Source of the DNA: Mobula hypostoma
Taxonomy: Eukaryota
Assembly (NCBI RefSeq): GCF_963921235.1
Contig: NC_086097.1
Span: 115,632,001-115,696,000 of the forward strand
Direction: 5' to 3'
Length of the DNA: 64,000 bases
A model generated the notes under the pieces. The model had not been told where the DNA came from. It did no database searches and saw only the letters and a list, made by a program, of their open reading frames with translations. Each line of letters opens with the position of its first letter. Position 1 is the stretch's first letter. Position numbers and translations under genes: made by a program. Shown here piece after piece: positions 52,067-64,000 of this stretch.

Positions 52067-52646
52067 GTTGTTGTTGTTGTTGTTGTTGTTGTTGGTCCAT
52101 CGTCGATGTCGATGAGGACCTTGACACCATTATTATGGTGTCGAGACTAGCGCGTGATTTGGATTTAAGTGAGGGAGAGTTGCACAGTGCCAGCCTCACT
52201 CTCTCTTCCCAATTCCCATCTGGATCCAGTGGCAAGACAGAGTCAAGATGGCTGGAGATGGGATTAGGTGCAGTGGATGACCAGGACATCTGCGGTGTCT
52301 TGTCCTGCTCTACACGTTCCACAACGCTTGCAGAGACTGCCTTCTTGACCGTTGGACCTTCCATTGGGCTCAACCACTCAATCCGCCGGAGTCTGTCTTC
52401 ACATGCTGGGATAGATAACTCCCTATCTCACCGAGGGTTTGAGACCCATCAGCTACCCTCAGCTGGTTTAGCCGACTTGTCAAAGCCGTTGCCCGGGGTA
52501 TGGCCACTGTCGCATGCAAACAGCTACGAGGAGCCACAGGTGAGAGATGAGTGCCAGGTGGGGAACAAAGGTGCACTAACCGCCTTGAAGAGGAAGCAAC
52601 ATGTTCTCCATCAGAGGTGCTACCCCTCCCTGACACTCCATACACA
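52067..52646 (-). mobile_element. Non-autonomous retroposon (probably RTE-mobilised) with 5' HDV-like ribozyme and (AAC)n tail
   Basis: Perfect 21-bp TSD actactaccattggacaggag (52046-52066 and 52647-52667); (GTT)9 on the plus strand. Confidence 0.8.
52458..52646 (-). ncRNA. Candidate HDV-like ribozyme with enlarged L3
   Basis: P2 CUCACCUG/CAG(c)UGAG; P3 GGC/GCC; L3 starts UCCUCG; AUACCCC-GG-GCA-A; P4 CGGC/GUCG; J4/2 GCUAA; 5' strand of P1 degenerate (UGUGUAU). Confidence 0.55.
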
Positions 52647-54536
52647 ACTACTACCATTGGACAGGAGAAGCTATAGATCCCATACCATCAGGTTCAAGAA
52701 CAGTTATCAGGCTACAGCCACCAGGCTCCTGATTCAGAGTGGATAACTTCACTCACCTCAACTCTGACTTGATTTCACAACCTACAGCTTATTTGACAAC
52801 TTACTTCTCAGCATTGTTTTATTTCCACAACTTGTCATCTTTGCACTTCGATTTTTTTTCAGTTTTTGTTTATGTATGGTTTTTCATAAATTCTGTTGCA
52901 TTTCTTTATTATCCTGTAAATGCCTGCAAGGAAATGAATCTGAAGGTAGTGTATGTTAACATTCTTTTTTATGCACTTTCGTAATAAATTTACTTTGACG
53001 TTGACTCCATCCATTCATATTTCAACATGGAAAGCAGGAAGCTGCTGTCAATGATCTGATGATCGTCCAGAGCTGTGCTGCCTTGCAGCCTGTCCCAGGG
53101 AAACCAAGGAAACAACTGAAATCCGGAAAAGCTGGGACATTCATGACGTAGTGCCCCCCTGTTATAGCAATTCAGGTAATGGAAATTCACCCCTACAGAA
53201 TTCACAGATAGCAAGCTAAAATTTGAGATTATCACAACCAAAGATCACTTTATAAAAATATTAGTACTGCATATGGATTGCATTGTGTCAGTGTGACCTC
53301 ATGGGTATGCAGTGTTCTTTGGATTGCTTACCCTTTATGTCTAATGGTTTGCCTTTGGACTAGCTCTGGGTTTTCACTTACTGTTGTCATGGGGATTGTT
53401 AAACTCTCTTTGTATATATCACATTTATTTAATTTATGTTAATTGAATTAGCATGTTATTTCCAATGTCTTGCATTGTAGTTGTTGTCTTTGGGGGTTAG
53501 TGCTTCATCTGGACACTGGGGCTATCTGATTGGTCCTGAATTCCTAACATGCTGCAGGGAGTATTTCAGTGGGGGTTTGCCAATCCCTGGTTGCTTTGTC
53601 GTTATGGATCCTTGTCTGGTGAAATTCTGACCAGGTACTTCTCTGTGTGTCATGAGTTATTTCATTTCTTCAAGATTCTGTATAGTTTGCCTGAGTTCTT
53701 GTTAGTTTTGCTGGTAATTTCTGTAATAACTCCTTTGTTTTGTTTGAATTGCCAAAGTCTCTGGGATTCCTGCACGACACTCGCTAGCGATCCTGACAGA
53801 GATACAGAATAGAAATGCAGAAATATGTGGAGGTATCATGGATATTAATACAACTTTACTTAAAAAATCTTTTTTATGGTGTCTCAGCTTCAAACTTCTT
53901 CATGCGTGTATTCCATCCTTTATTTCATATCCTGGTTAAATGCTTAAAAAAATCTGTTTTTTCTCTCCTGGCTTGATATTTATGAGAAATGCCTAGTTTG
54001 ATTGAATGCTCAACCACGCTAACGACATCTGTGTTGCCTGGTTTCCTTCCGTTAATGCTTGATGGCATCCACTGTTGGAAAAGAAAAGTCTGCACCCCAG
54101 GGATTGCTTTTTGCAAGCAGTTTTGAGCTCAACAATGAGCATTACTTCACCATAGTCTGGATATGTATGTTTAAAAGAGCCCATTCCACAATTTTCAATT
54201 TAGTAAGGTTAATAGAGATGCTATTTGTCACAAATTTATAAGAATGACATTCACTTGAAGATTTTACTGGTTTTACTTATATATCCTAAATTATGATGGT
54301 GGAAATAACAGAAACACAAGTAGTAAAATTCATACATCTTGCTCCATACCTATGCTTCTTGCACATATCTTACCCCTACAACTTTTGTTTAACAAAGGAA
54401 CAGAATTAGGCTATTTAGCCCATCAATTCTGCTCCGCCATTCAGTCATGGCTGATTTATTATCCCACTCAACCCCATTCCCCTGCCTTTTCCCCATAACC
54501 TCTGACACCCTGACTAATCACAAACCTATCAACATC

Positions 54537-56049
54537 TGTGGTAGATATTTGCTACCTTTTTCATGTTGGCTAATCTTGCTTTCTAAACACCTCAACTTCC
54601 ACTTGTAAGATCACAAGCAATTGTAAGTAAACTTCCGATTTGTTTAGTTTCTGTTCAAATATGGGAGCCAGACTTCAGTTCTTAAGATGCAAATTGAAGG
54701 CAGCGTACAGTTTGAAGTTAAATGAAGTATTGTGTATAGAGAAGCTTCGAAAACACTCTCTGTTGTAAGTAACTATACCTGCTGAATTACTGCTTGAGAG
54801 ATGCAGTTACAAGTCAATGGGCTGTTTTATTTGGCTTGTTTCAAAACAGACAAGCTGACTGTACCTCTTCCTAGAGATGCTGCCTGGCCTGCTGCATTCA
54901 CTAGCAACTTTGATGTGTGAAGCTGACCCTAAGGTTTTTAATTCAAAGAAGCTTAAAGATCAGACGGACAGTATAATTTAACGTATCAATAACTGATCTA
55001 TTAACGTTGGAAGTTATTGATGAATGGATATTTTATGTACTCTATGAAGTTAGCGTTACGGCATTAAACATGAACTGTGAACACTAAGCTGAGGTCAATG
55101 TTTCTTTCAGACTGTGTTAAAAGGGTATCAGAGGAAATCCAGTATCATATGTGCGTGAAGTCACCCAAATGGTAGAAAAAGAGTACCTATGTAGAGAGCA
55201 GTAATGACTTATCAGCAATGGGGTAAGGAACATCAAGAAACCTGGAAGAAACATGGGATGAACTAGAATCCATTCCTCTGGTTTTGGTTTCTAAGCCAGA
55301 TGATTTGTTCATCTGCGACTTGTTGATATGTTTTTTTAGTTTATAGAATTTGTACCTGTGTTTTGGAAATCCTTAATCCTTTGTCCTTTGCGTCTTAGAG
55401 ATGCTTTGTGCTTTAGGAATGGTTTGTGATTTGGTAATGTTTAAGACAGAAATCCTCTGTGAGTTTTAATTTTGTGTTAAGAATGTTATTTAAATATGAT
55501 TTAAGAATGTTGTTTGGATTAAATGCATAACACTGAAAATAAATGAACTGCTTTAAACTACTTTGTTAGGTGGAAGTATTTTCTCCTTGGTAGGGAAAAG
55601 GGACCTCAAATACTGGGTATTGGCAGCTAAACTTATCATAGAATATAAATAGGGAAGTAAACAAGTCTTTGAAGATTAATTAGTAACAGTATAAACTCCC
55701 TCTACTGCAAAACATACACAAAATGCTGGAGGAACTCAGGAGGCCAGGCAGCATCTATGGAAAAAAAGTACAGTCGACCCTTCAGCAGGACTGGAGAAAA
55801 AGAGCTGAGGTGTAGATTTAAACAGTTGGGGGTGGGAGGGGAGAGAACCACTAGGTGATAGATGAAATCTGCAAGGGGTGGGATGAAGTATACAGCTGGG
55901 AAGTTGATTGGTGAGATGAGGTGAGAGAGGGCAAAGGGGATGGGAAATGGAGAAGCGGGGGTTAAGTTTAGGGTTAGGGTTATCCGCCAGGGCTTAAGGA
56001 CTTCACATGAGCTTAGAACTTTGCGTTCAGCAAACCCAGTACCATCACA
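54537..56049 (+). mobile_element. Solo LTR inserted in a CR1 3' fragment, itself holding PLE pieces (~54856-54920 and ~55709-55960)
   Basis: TGTG...CACA termini; imperfect 4-bp TSD catc/cctc; host CR1 sequence rejoins across it; homologous 3' fragment at 33500-33727. Confidence 0.65.
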
Positions 56050-57274
56050 CCTCCATTTTAAATATGCTCAATAACTTGCCCTCCACAGCTGCATGTAGCA
56101 ATGAATTCCACAGATTCACCACATTTTGGCTAAAGAAATCTTGCCTCCAGTTGGTTGGTGTCTAGATAGATAAAGAGGTGAACATTCTCTTGGCTTTAGC
56201 CCATTCAGGAGCAACTTTTTAATAGTCATCATATTACACCACTCAATTTCACCTTTCCGTAGCAAACTAAACAAGAATTACCCCTCTTACTGTGTCCTAT
56301 TATGTGCTGAGTTACCCTGGGAAATCTGACTCTTGTCCATTGGTCCCATGATAATTTCTCATTGTTCTAAATATAATGAATATCACATGACAAACCCCTT
56401 TTCTAGAAGCTCCCAACATTAGAAACATCCACTTGATCTAGGCCTTTCAATATTCAATAGATTTCAATGAGATCCCTGTCCCTTTGATTTTGCTAAACCC
56501 TAGTGAGTACTGGCACAGAGCCATCAAATTCTCCTCATGTGCTGATTTCAGTTAAGTTTAAAATTTCTTAAAGGGTTTCACGCAGTGAATGCATGATAAT
56601 CATAAGCACAAGAGATTCTGCAGATGCTGAACATCTAGAGTAACGTACACAAATTGCTAGAGAAATGCAGCAGGTCAGGCAGAATCTATGGAAAGGGATA
56701 AAAAGCTGACTTTTTGGGACAAAACCCTTCAGCAGGACCGCAGTTAATGTTTTCCCCCCAACCTTGGTTGTCTAGGGTTAAGGATTACAGCATCAACAAA
56801 AGGAGTTGGCCATTGAAGATTGTAATGAAAAAAAATTTATTCTTTTTTTATGAGATAGACGGAGGCCTTTCAGTTTAAACCAGCTCTCACTGAAATTCCA
56901 TTAGTCCAATGCTGCCACTTATCTCCCTACGACCTATTCTACCAGATGCCCATCAATTCCGCCTTGCTTCCCTCGCCTCCAAGAAAAAATTCACAGAAAC
57001 CAATTAGTCTATTAGAATGTATGAGGAAATCAGAACACTCAAGGAAACCCACAGCATCACAAGAAAATGAAGAAATTCTACACAGACAAGATCAGCTTTG
57101 AAACCATGAGGCAGTTTTCTGGAACCCATGAGGCAGTGATGGTTGAGGCTAGTTTCTTTGTAGTTTCAAAGAATGATTGCTAAGTTTATTGAAACAAATA
57201 TGATCATCAGGGACTTGGCAGATTAGATGACAAGATTTTTAATAAGTGTGAAAATCGCAACTGTGGAGATAGAC

Positions 57275-57505
57275 CACACAGCAGCCACTTTATTGTACAC
57301 CCACTCATTACTGTAAATATCTGATCAGTCAATCGTGTGGCAGCAACTCAATGCGTAAAAGCATGCAGTCATGATCAAGGGGTTCACTTGTTGTTCAGAC
57401 CAAACATCAGAATGAGGAAGAACTGAGACTTTGTGACTCTGACTGTGGAATGATTGTTTGTGCCAGAAGGGAAGGCTTGTGTATCACAGAAACTATTGAT
57501 CTCCA
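57275..57505 (+). mobile_element. Tc1-like fragment related to 50865-51390
   Basis: gccactttatt TIR remnant and atgattgtttgtgccagaagg...cagaaact transposase N-terminal remnant. Confidence 0.6.
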
Positions 57506-58659
57506 ATCAACACATTCATGGCCAATCTACTCCCTGCCTCAACTGATGATGGATGCTGCTTTCATGCCACAATGCTTTGTGTAGATGCGCTTTACCTTTG
57601 ATGGCCTAGGCTGCACCCACTAGTTTTTGAAGGATTTTCTGTTCAAGGGCATTGTTTTTTCCATACCAGACTGTGATGCAGCCAGTCAATATACTCTCCA
57701 CCATACGTCTATGGAGGCTTGTCAAAGTTGTAGAAGTTATGCCGAATTTTCACAAACTCCTAAAGAAGTTGAGGCACTACCCTGCTTTCTTTAACCTATT
57801 AAGTATTCCAACCATTTAACCAACTCTAAAATCAATCTAACCCTTCCCTCAAACATTCTATAATCAATGTGCCTACGAAGGAGTCTCCAAAACGTTTCTT
57901 AAACACCCCTACCCTAATGTATCTGCCTCTGCCACCACCCTTGGCAGGGCGTTCTACACACCCACTACTCTGTATGTGTGTGATATTCCCCTATTCTTAC
58001 CTCCAACCATCTTAAAATTATGCCCCCTTGTATTAGCTATTTCTGAACTTTGAAATAGTATTTCACATACATACAATAATTAAAATTTCAGTCTGGGAAC
58101 TTGCTCCTGAAAAATGCCTCATTGTACTTAAGCTGTTTGACTCCATGATATTGTAATTCCAGGTCCAATGAAAGCATGGTATCCTGACTCAATGTGGTGT
58201 TCAGCTGAGACTCCTCTTCAACTGTTCTTCTGTAATTAATTCAATGTTGCATCTTTCTTCAAAACATTTTGCTAAATCTCCTAGTGTGATCTTACTGCTA
58301 TTTTGCCTCATTTCCCACTGAACAGAGGCAGCGCTGAACTTGGTTATCCAGTGTTTCATTCTCCTGTTAAAAACATTATCTTCTACTGTCATCTTTCTTT
58401 TAGATTTCAATTGCAACTGCCTGTTCAGTCTACATGGGAAAACTTTGCAGCTCCTGCTGTTTACTTCTCCCAGACTATGTAGTTTAAGATCAGAGGTAAT
58501 AATTAGTGATTCTTATTTGATGTTTTAATGTTTCTTCAAACTGCTATTTATTTTCCAGTGCCTCGACTTGTCAGTTATTTTTATTAATTTGTTGCTGGTT
58601 GTAATGTATATGATATATGGTATATATGGAAAATTGCAAATATCACTTCACTCTTCAAA

Positions 58660-60520
58660 AAGAGAGAGAGAGAGAGAGGCAGAAGAAAGGAAATTATAGG
58701 CCAGTTAGTCTGACCTTAGAGTTTGGGAAGATGTTGGAGTCAATTGTTAAGGATGTCGTTTCAGGGTACTTGGATGTCGTTTCAGGGTACATGATAAAAT
58801 AAGCCAAAGTCAGCATGGTTCCCTTAAGGGAAAATTTCCCTTGACAAATCTGTTGGAACTCCTTGAGGAAATAACAAGCAAGATAGACAAAGGAGAATCG
58901 GTTGATGTTGTGTACTTGGATTTTCAGAAGGTTTTTGGCAAGGTGCTGTGCATGAGGATCTTTAATAAGATAAAAGCCCATGGTATTACAGGAAAGGTGC
59001 TAGCTTAGACAGAATATTGGCTGATTGTCAGGGTTCAAAGAGTTCGAATAAATGGAGCTTTTTCTGGTTGGCTGCTGGTGACAACTGGTGTTTCACAGGA
59101 GTCTGTGTTGGGACTGCCTCAGAATACAGGTACGTCCATATAGAACAGAGATGAGGAGGAATTTCTGTAGCTAAGGAGTGGTGACTCTGTGGAACTCATT
59201 GCCAAAGTTTGTGGAGGCCAGGTCATTGAGTATATTTAAGGCAGAGGTTGATAGATTCTTGATTAGTCTGGGCATGAAGGGATACAGGGAAAAGGCAGGT
59301 GATTGGGGCTGAGAGGGAAATCGATCAGCAGAACAGGCTCGATGGTCCAAATGGCCGAAATTTGCTCCTATACCTTATAAACCATAAAACATAGGAGCAG
59401 AAATAGGCCATTTGGCGCATCATGTCTGCTCCGCATTCAATCATGGCTGATCCTTTTTCCCCTCCTCAGCCTCTCTCCCCAACCTTCTCCCCATAACCTT
59501 TGATGCTGTCCCCAATCAAGAACCTATCAATCTCTGCCTTAAATATACCCAATAACCAGGCCTCCACAGCTGCCCATAGTAACAAATTCCACAAATTCAC
59601 CACCCGCTGGCTAAAGGAATTTCTCCACATCCCTGTTACAAATGGACACCCCTCTATCCTGAGACTCTGCCCTCTTGTCCTAGACTCCCTACCATGGGAA
59701 ACGCCCTTTCCACATCTACCCTGTCAACCATTCGACGTTTGAGGCCGAAACCCTTCATCATAACTTGAAAGGAAGGAGAAAGATCCAGAATTCAGATTCA
59801 TAGTTCAGATTTATATTCAGATTCAGATCCATTTATTTATCAAATGTACATTTAAATATGCAGGTTGCATTGACAATGAACTTAACCTAAGGGTGTGCTG
59901 GGGACAGCTCACAAGTGTTCCGAGACCTCCTGCTGCCAACATAATATGCCCACAATGCTTGCCAGAACATCACAGATCATCCCATTATGGGCAGGATGCC
60001 GGGCATTTGAAGAGGGTGCAGGAGGTTTACCAGGATGTTGCCTGGGTTAGAGTGCTTGTGGTATACCGAGAGGCTGGATAAACACATGTTGTTTTCTCTG
60101 GAGTGGCAGAGGCTGGGGAGAGATCTGATAGAGGTTTATAAGGTTATGCGAGGCATAAATAGAGTAGACAGACAGTAGCTTTTTTTCCAGTTTTGAAGTG
60201 TCACATATCAGTGGACATGCATTTAAGGTGAGAGTGGATAAATTCAAAGGTGCTGTGAGGGGCAATTTTTTTACACAGAGAGGAGTCGGTGTCTGCAATG
60301 TGCTGCCTGTGGTGCTGGTAGTGGCAGATACATTAGGGACTTTTAAGAGATAAGACATAGGCACATGGATGTGAGGGAAATGGAAGGCTATGGACATTGC
60401 ATATGCATAAGGGATTAGTTTACTTGGCCATTTGATTTCTAATTTAGTTGGTTTAGCACAACTTCGTGGGCCAAATGGCCTGTTCCTGTGTGGTACTGTC
60501 CTATGTTCCATGTTCTACAA
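58660..60520. mobile_element. Cluster of decayed CR1 pieces (58660-59380 plus, 59380-59740 minus, 60000-60520 plus)
   Basis: KKGNYRPVSLT and YLDFQKVF motifs; tail-to-tail junction near 59380; CR1 3' tails. Confidence 0.75.
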
Positions 60521-61189
60521 TAAAGCAGAACAGAAGTAACGGAACAAAAACAGCGAAACAAGCCCTTTCCCTCCCTCCTACCCACCCACGCACAAGGACA
60601 GTCCCCCAAACTGAGAACAGGCATCTAGGCCTCCAGTCTCCAATCTCCAGGCTTTGATTTCTGATCGACCATTGGGCTTTGATCTTTGGTTTCCACCCTC
60701 AGACTACCCACTGTTGGAATCCCAATCTCCCGGCCTCGAACTCACAGTCACATTTTGGTGACATTCACTGTTAGCAACTCTTCAGACTCATTTCATAAAA
60801 CCCTTCAATTTTGACTGCCTTGAGGGTCTCTTTGCAATGTATACCATGCCCTTGCATCTCTTTCACTCTGTAATAAAATATGAATCATAAAAATGCAGTT
60901 AACTGTCGCTCCATGGCAATCATTAAAACAATGTTGTCTCTGGGGTGAACATATTTTGTTTTGCCCAAAGCTCTCTATAAGTTCATTCTCCACAGTAGTA
61001 CAATCAATCATATATTGCTCCACTGTTACAAGACAAGCAAGAGTGAAATAATAAAATGTAATAATGTTGGTCAAATGTACACACTGGGGTAGTAAAGGTT
61101 TAGACTGTCAACGTAATAAAATACGCAGTTCATCACTGTCGTTTTAAATATGTATTGATGAAAGCTACCTTTTAGTGAAGTGAGAAACA

Positions 61190-61915
61190 TCAAATTTCCA
61201 CCTATCCCCTCCCAGCTTCTAATTTCATTTCCACTCCTCCACCCACCTACCTTCCCCCTCACCTATCACTTGCTAACTTGCACCACTTCCCTTCTTTCTT
61301 CCCCCTCCCCCACTTTCTTATTCTGGCTTATGTCCCCTTGTTTCCTGCCCTGATAGAGGGTTTCTGCTGAAATGTCAACTGTTTAATTTCCAACCATGCA
61401 TGTTGCCTGACTTGCTGAGTTCCTCATGTATTTTGTGCGTGCGCTGTTCAAAATCTCCAGCATCTGCCAAATCTCATTGGCTTCAACTTTCCTTTCAGTG
61501 CAACATGATTTGCATAGAAATAACCATCCTCTGCCTATGCCAATATGACAGAGTGGATGTGGAGAGGCTGCTTCCTATAGTGGGGGGGGGGGAGAGGGGG
61601 GGTTTGGTCTCAGACCAGAGGGCACGGATTCAGAATAAAAGGACATCTCTTTAGAACAGAAATGATGTTGAATTTTCTTAGCCAGAGGGTGGTGAATCTG
61701 TGAAAATCATTGCCTCAGGTGGCTGTGGAGGCCAAGTCATTAGGTATGTTTAATGCAGAGTTTGATAGCTTCTTGAATAGTAAGGGTGTCAAAGGTTAAG
61801 GAGAGAACGCAGGAGAGTGGGTTTGAAACAGATAATAAATCAACCATGATGGAATGGCAGAGCAGACTCAGTGGGCCAAATGGCCTAATTCTGCCCATAT
61901 GTCTTATGGTCCTTA
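61190..61915 (+). mobile_element. Degenerate PLE pLTR (61190-61480) followed by a CR1 3' fragment (61540-61915)
   Basis: cctgatagagggtttctgctgaaatgtcaactg...ccagcatctgc; DRVDVERLLPIVG and a CR1 tail. Confidence 0.65.
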
Positions 61916-62604
61916 GAAGCATGAACTCTACCCACTTACCTCAGCATCAAGTGTCTACTTAGAGCAAAAGAGATGAAGACAGGATTATGAATTTCATAAC
62001 ATATACTGGTGATATTAAACTTGATTCTGATAGACCAGGGAGCCATTCAAACTTGTTCTGCCATTTACCATGATTATGGATGTTTAAAATTTCATAACCA
62101 CTTTCCTGGCCAATCAGTACATTCCTTGGTAACCAATAGGAGTTGCAGAATCAGCAATACCAACAAGAAATATTTATCAGGTGAGGCAGCATCAGTGCAC
62201 CATAAAGCCAATATTGCCTTCCAACCAACCTTTCGGTTTCATAAAAAAAATGTTTAATCAAATACTTTCCAGAATAGATCACGTTCTGAATTTGATGTGT
62301 GGTAATATACATTTCACCATAAACTTCATGAGTTTTCCAATGTTATATCACTTAATTGCTTTGTTAGCTGTTTCAGAAGTGTTAAAAGCACATTATCTCT
62401 ATGTGTCATGATAAGTTGCTGGTATTTCATTACTGCAAACATATTTTCTCAATACGTAGTTTCATTTGTGTTCATCATCAGCTTCATTTTTCTCTGTGGT
62501 TCTGGCAGCATGTACTGGAAATAATCAGACATTTAAATTTTCAGTGCAGACTTTATTTTTACAATGCAGATGATCAGTTCTTACGACACAGGAAGATTCA
62601 AGAT

Positions 62605-62890
62605 TGTTTATTTATGGAGATACAATGCAGAAAAGGCCCTTCTGGCCCTCTGAGCCATGCTGCCCAGCAATCCCCTGATTAAATCCTAGCATAGTCATGG
62701 GATAGTTTACAATGACTGCAACCTACCAGCCGGTTCATCTGTGGAATGTGGGAGAAATCAGAGCAGCTAGAGGAAACCCATGTGGTCACAGGGAGAACTT
62801 ACAAACCTCTTACAGGCAGCAGCAGGAATGGAACCCGTGTGGCCTGCACGGTAAAGCATTGTGCTAACCACTATGCTACCGCACCACCCT
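62605..62890 (-). mobile_element. HE1/V-type SINE
   Basis: Reverse complement begins ggtggtgcggtagcatagtggttagcacaatgc (A box); V-domain-like gaggaaacccatgtggtcacagggagaac on the plus strand. Confidence 0.75.
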
Positions 62891-63026
62891 AGTGTTGTCA
62901 ACCTTTAGTACACAACTGTAAAAGGGAGTGAACTGATTGTAGTCCTGTATCCAGTGCAGCATGAAAAACACAATAAGCATAAAGTACACAAAAAACAATA
63001 AATATAAATATAAAAGCTATCCTTTA

Positions 63027-63876
63027 TGTGACAAGAATACACATAGATTAAGATGTTAGCTATCCTGTGTGATCAGCAGTTGGTCTGCCACCTGTCTTCA
63101 GGAGAGAAAGAGATAAGGAAAACAATGGAGCAGCATTTGGAGATGTGTAATAAAGGGACGGGAGAGAGAGTAACAGAAGGCGGAAGCTGTCAAGAGCGGC
63201 TTCCCCTTTGAACCCTGAACTGTTTGAAGTGATGGACAGGCGATACCCCAGCAGGGGGATAAAAAGGGACAGGTTTGCTAAGGCAGGACACACACGACAC
63301 CCGAGGTAACAAGACCCTAGAAGCGGTGCGTCTCTCACAAGTCAGTGGGAAGTACCGGGCCATAAACGCACAGGGTGGAAAGGCACGATCGGCGGGAACC
63401 TGGTGTGTGTCCACCCTTGCCTGGGTGCCAGGTTCAGCGCAGAGAAACGGTTGTATCTGGAAACGGAGGGGTCATGGTCGGTGACCTCAGATGACATCAC
63501 AAAGGGCTCGCCCGACAGCTGACTGCGAAGGTCTATGTGTGGAAGCTGTTTTGAATATCCATTCGTTTTGCTCTCTCTCCTTCCCCCACACTGTCCATCT
63601 CCCACTGCAGTGATTACTGCGAACTGAACTGAACTTTCCGTCACTTTGAAACTGGTCATTTGCCCCTAGACAACGATAGAGCTTGATTGATCCTGTTATC
63701 TGAATTCTGTGTACATGTATGTTTATCATTGCTGAACTGTTGCATTCATTATCCTTTTGATTAGATTACTGTGTTGCTTGTTTCTTTAATAAAACTTTCT
63801 TAGTTCTAGTAATCCAGACTCCAACTGAGTGATCCATTTCTGCTGGTTTGGCAACCCAGTTACGGGGTACGTAACA
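63027..63876 (+). mobile_element. Solo LTR (probably Gypsy-type), ~850 bp
   Basis: TGTGAC...GTAACA termini; imperfect TSD ttta/tata; TATA-like GATAAAAA near 63258; AATAAA near 63788; CpG retained. Confidence 0.7.
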
Positions 63877-64000
63877 TATAAAACACAATATGCAAGTAAC
63901 TATTAGATACATAGACTCACGGTATGTAAGTAAAGCGACGCTAGGTGATGTGTATGTAGTGGTAGTCATGGCTTGGCTTCGCGAATGAAGATTTAGGAAG

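Larger units (their letters stand above)
51970..52990 (+). mobile_element. Rex1-like 3' end, host of the 52067-52646 insertion
   Basis: KKAASITKGLHLLGHALSSLLPLDRR|..RSHTIRFKNSY continues across the insertion; tail taataaatttactttg. Confidence 0.7.

Noticed and set aside
52033..52746. 237-aa ORF with poly-Cys (and an antisense poly-Gln ORF)
   Set aside because: The homopolymers come from the (GTT)9 retroposon tail and the ORF crosses TSD boundaries; not a gene.
53480..53795. Strong minus-strand acceptor near 53793
   Set aside because: All frames close within about 45 codons and no convincing donor or known peptide was found.
58751..58790. Tandem duplication ggatgtcgtttcagggtac
   Set aside because: Local slippage duplication inside a dead CR1; no sign of function.
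1..64000. Prokaryote-type systems (operons, CRISPR arrays, retrons)
   Set aside because: All RT fragments are eukaryotic non-LTR types; no operon-like gene density or repeat-spacer arrays.

Overview
Eukaryotic, repeat-dense, essentially gene-free (intronic or intergenic) vertebrate DNA. The repeat set (esterase-ORF1 CR1 LINEs, HE1/V-type SINEs, very abundant Penelope pLTR fragments) suggests a cartilaginous fish, probably a ray; this is inference. Most of the long ORFs are retroelement fragments or their antisense shadows. Mobile elements present: many CR1 copies (one with a nearly intact ORF2, one retaining the ORF1 SGNH esterase), Rex1/Babar, L2, a HERO-like RLE retrotransposon, Penelope-like elements (PLEs), tRNA-derived SINEs, solo LTRs, and mariner, Tc1, hAT and Chapaev3-like DNA transposon derivatives, often nested with readable target-site duplications (TSDs). 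The most interesting signal is RNA structure. (1) Two ORF-less 470-580 bp retroposons (47826-48296, 52067-52646) begin with a manually foldable HDV-like ribozyme, show covarying stems, and in one case the predicted cleavage site is exactly the element's 5' end. (2) TSD-flanked palindromic PLE derivatives carry minimal hammerhead motifs on both strands. One possible host exon (44893-45013, minus) and several repeat-free candidate regulatory islands were also noted. Family names come from motif recognition, not database searches, and boundaries of decayed repeats are approximate.
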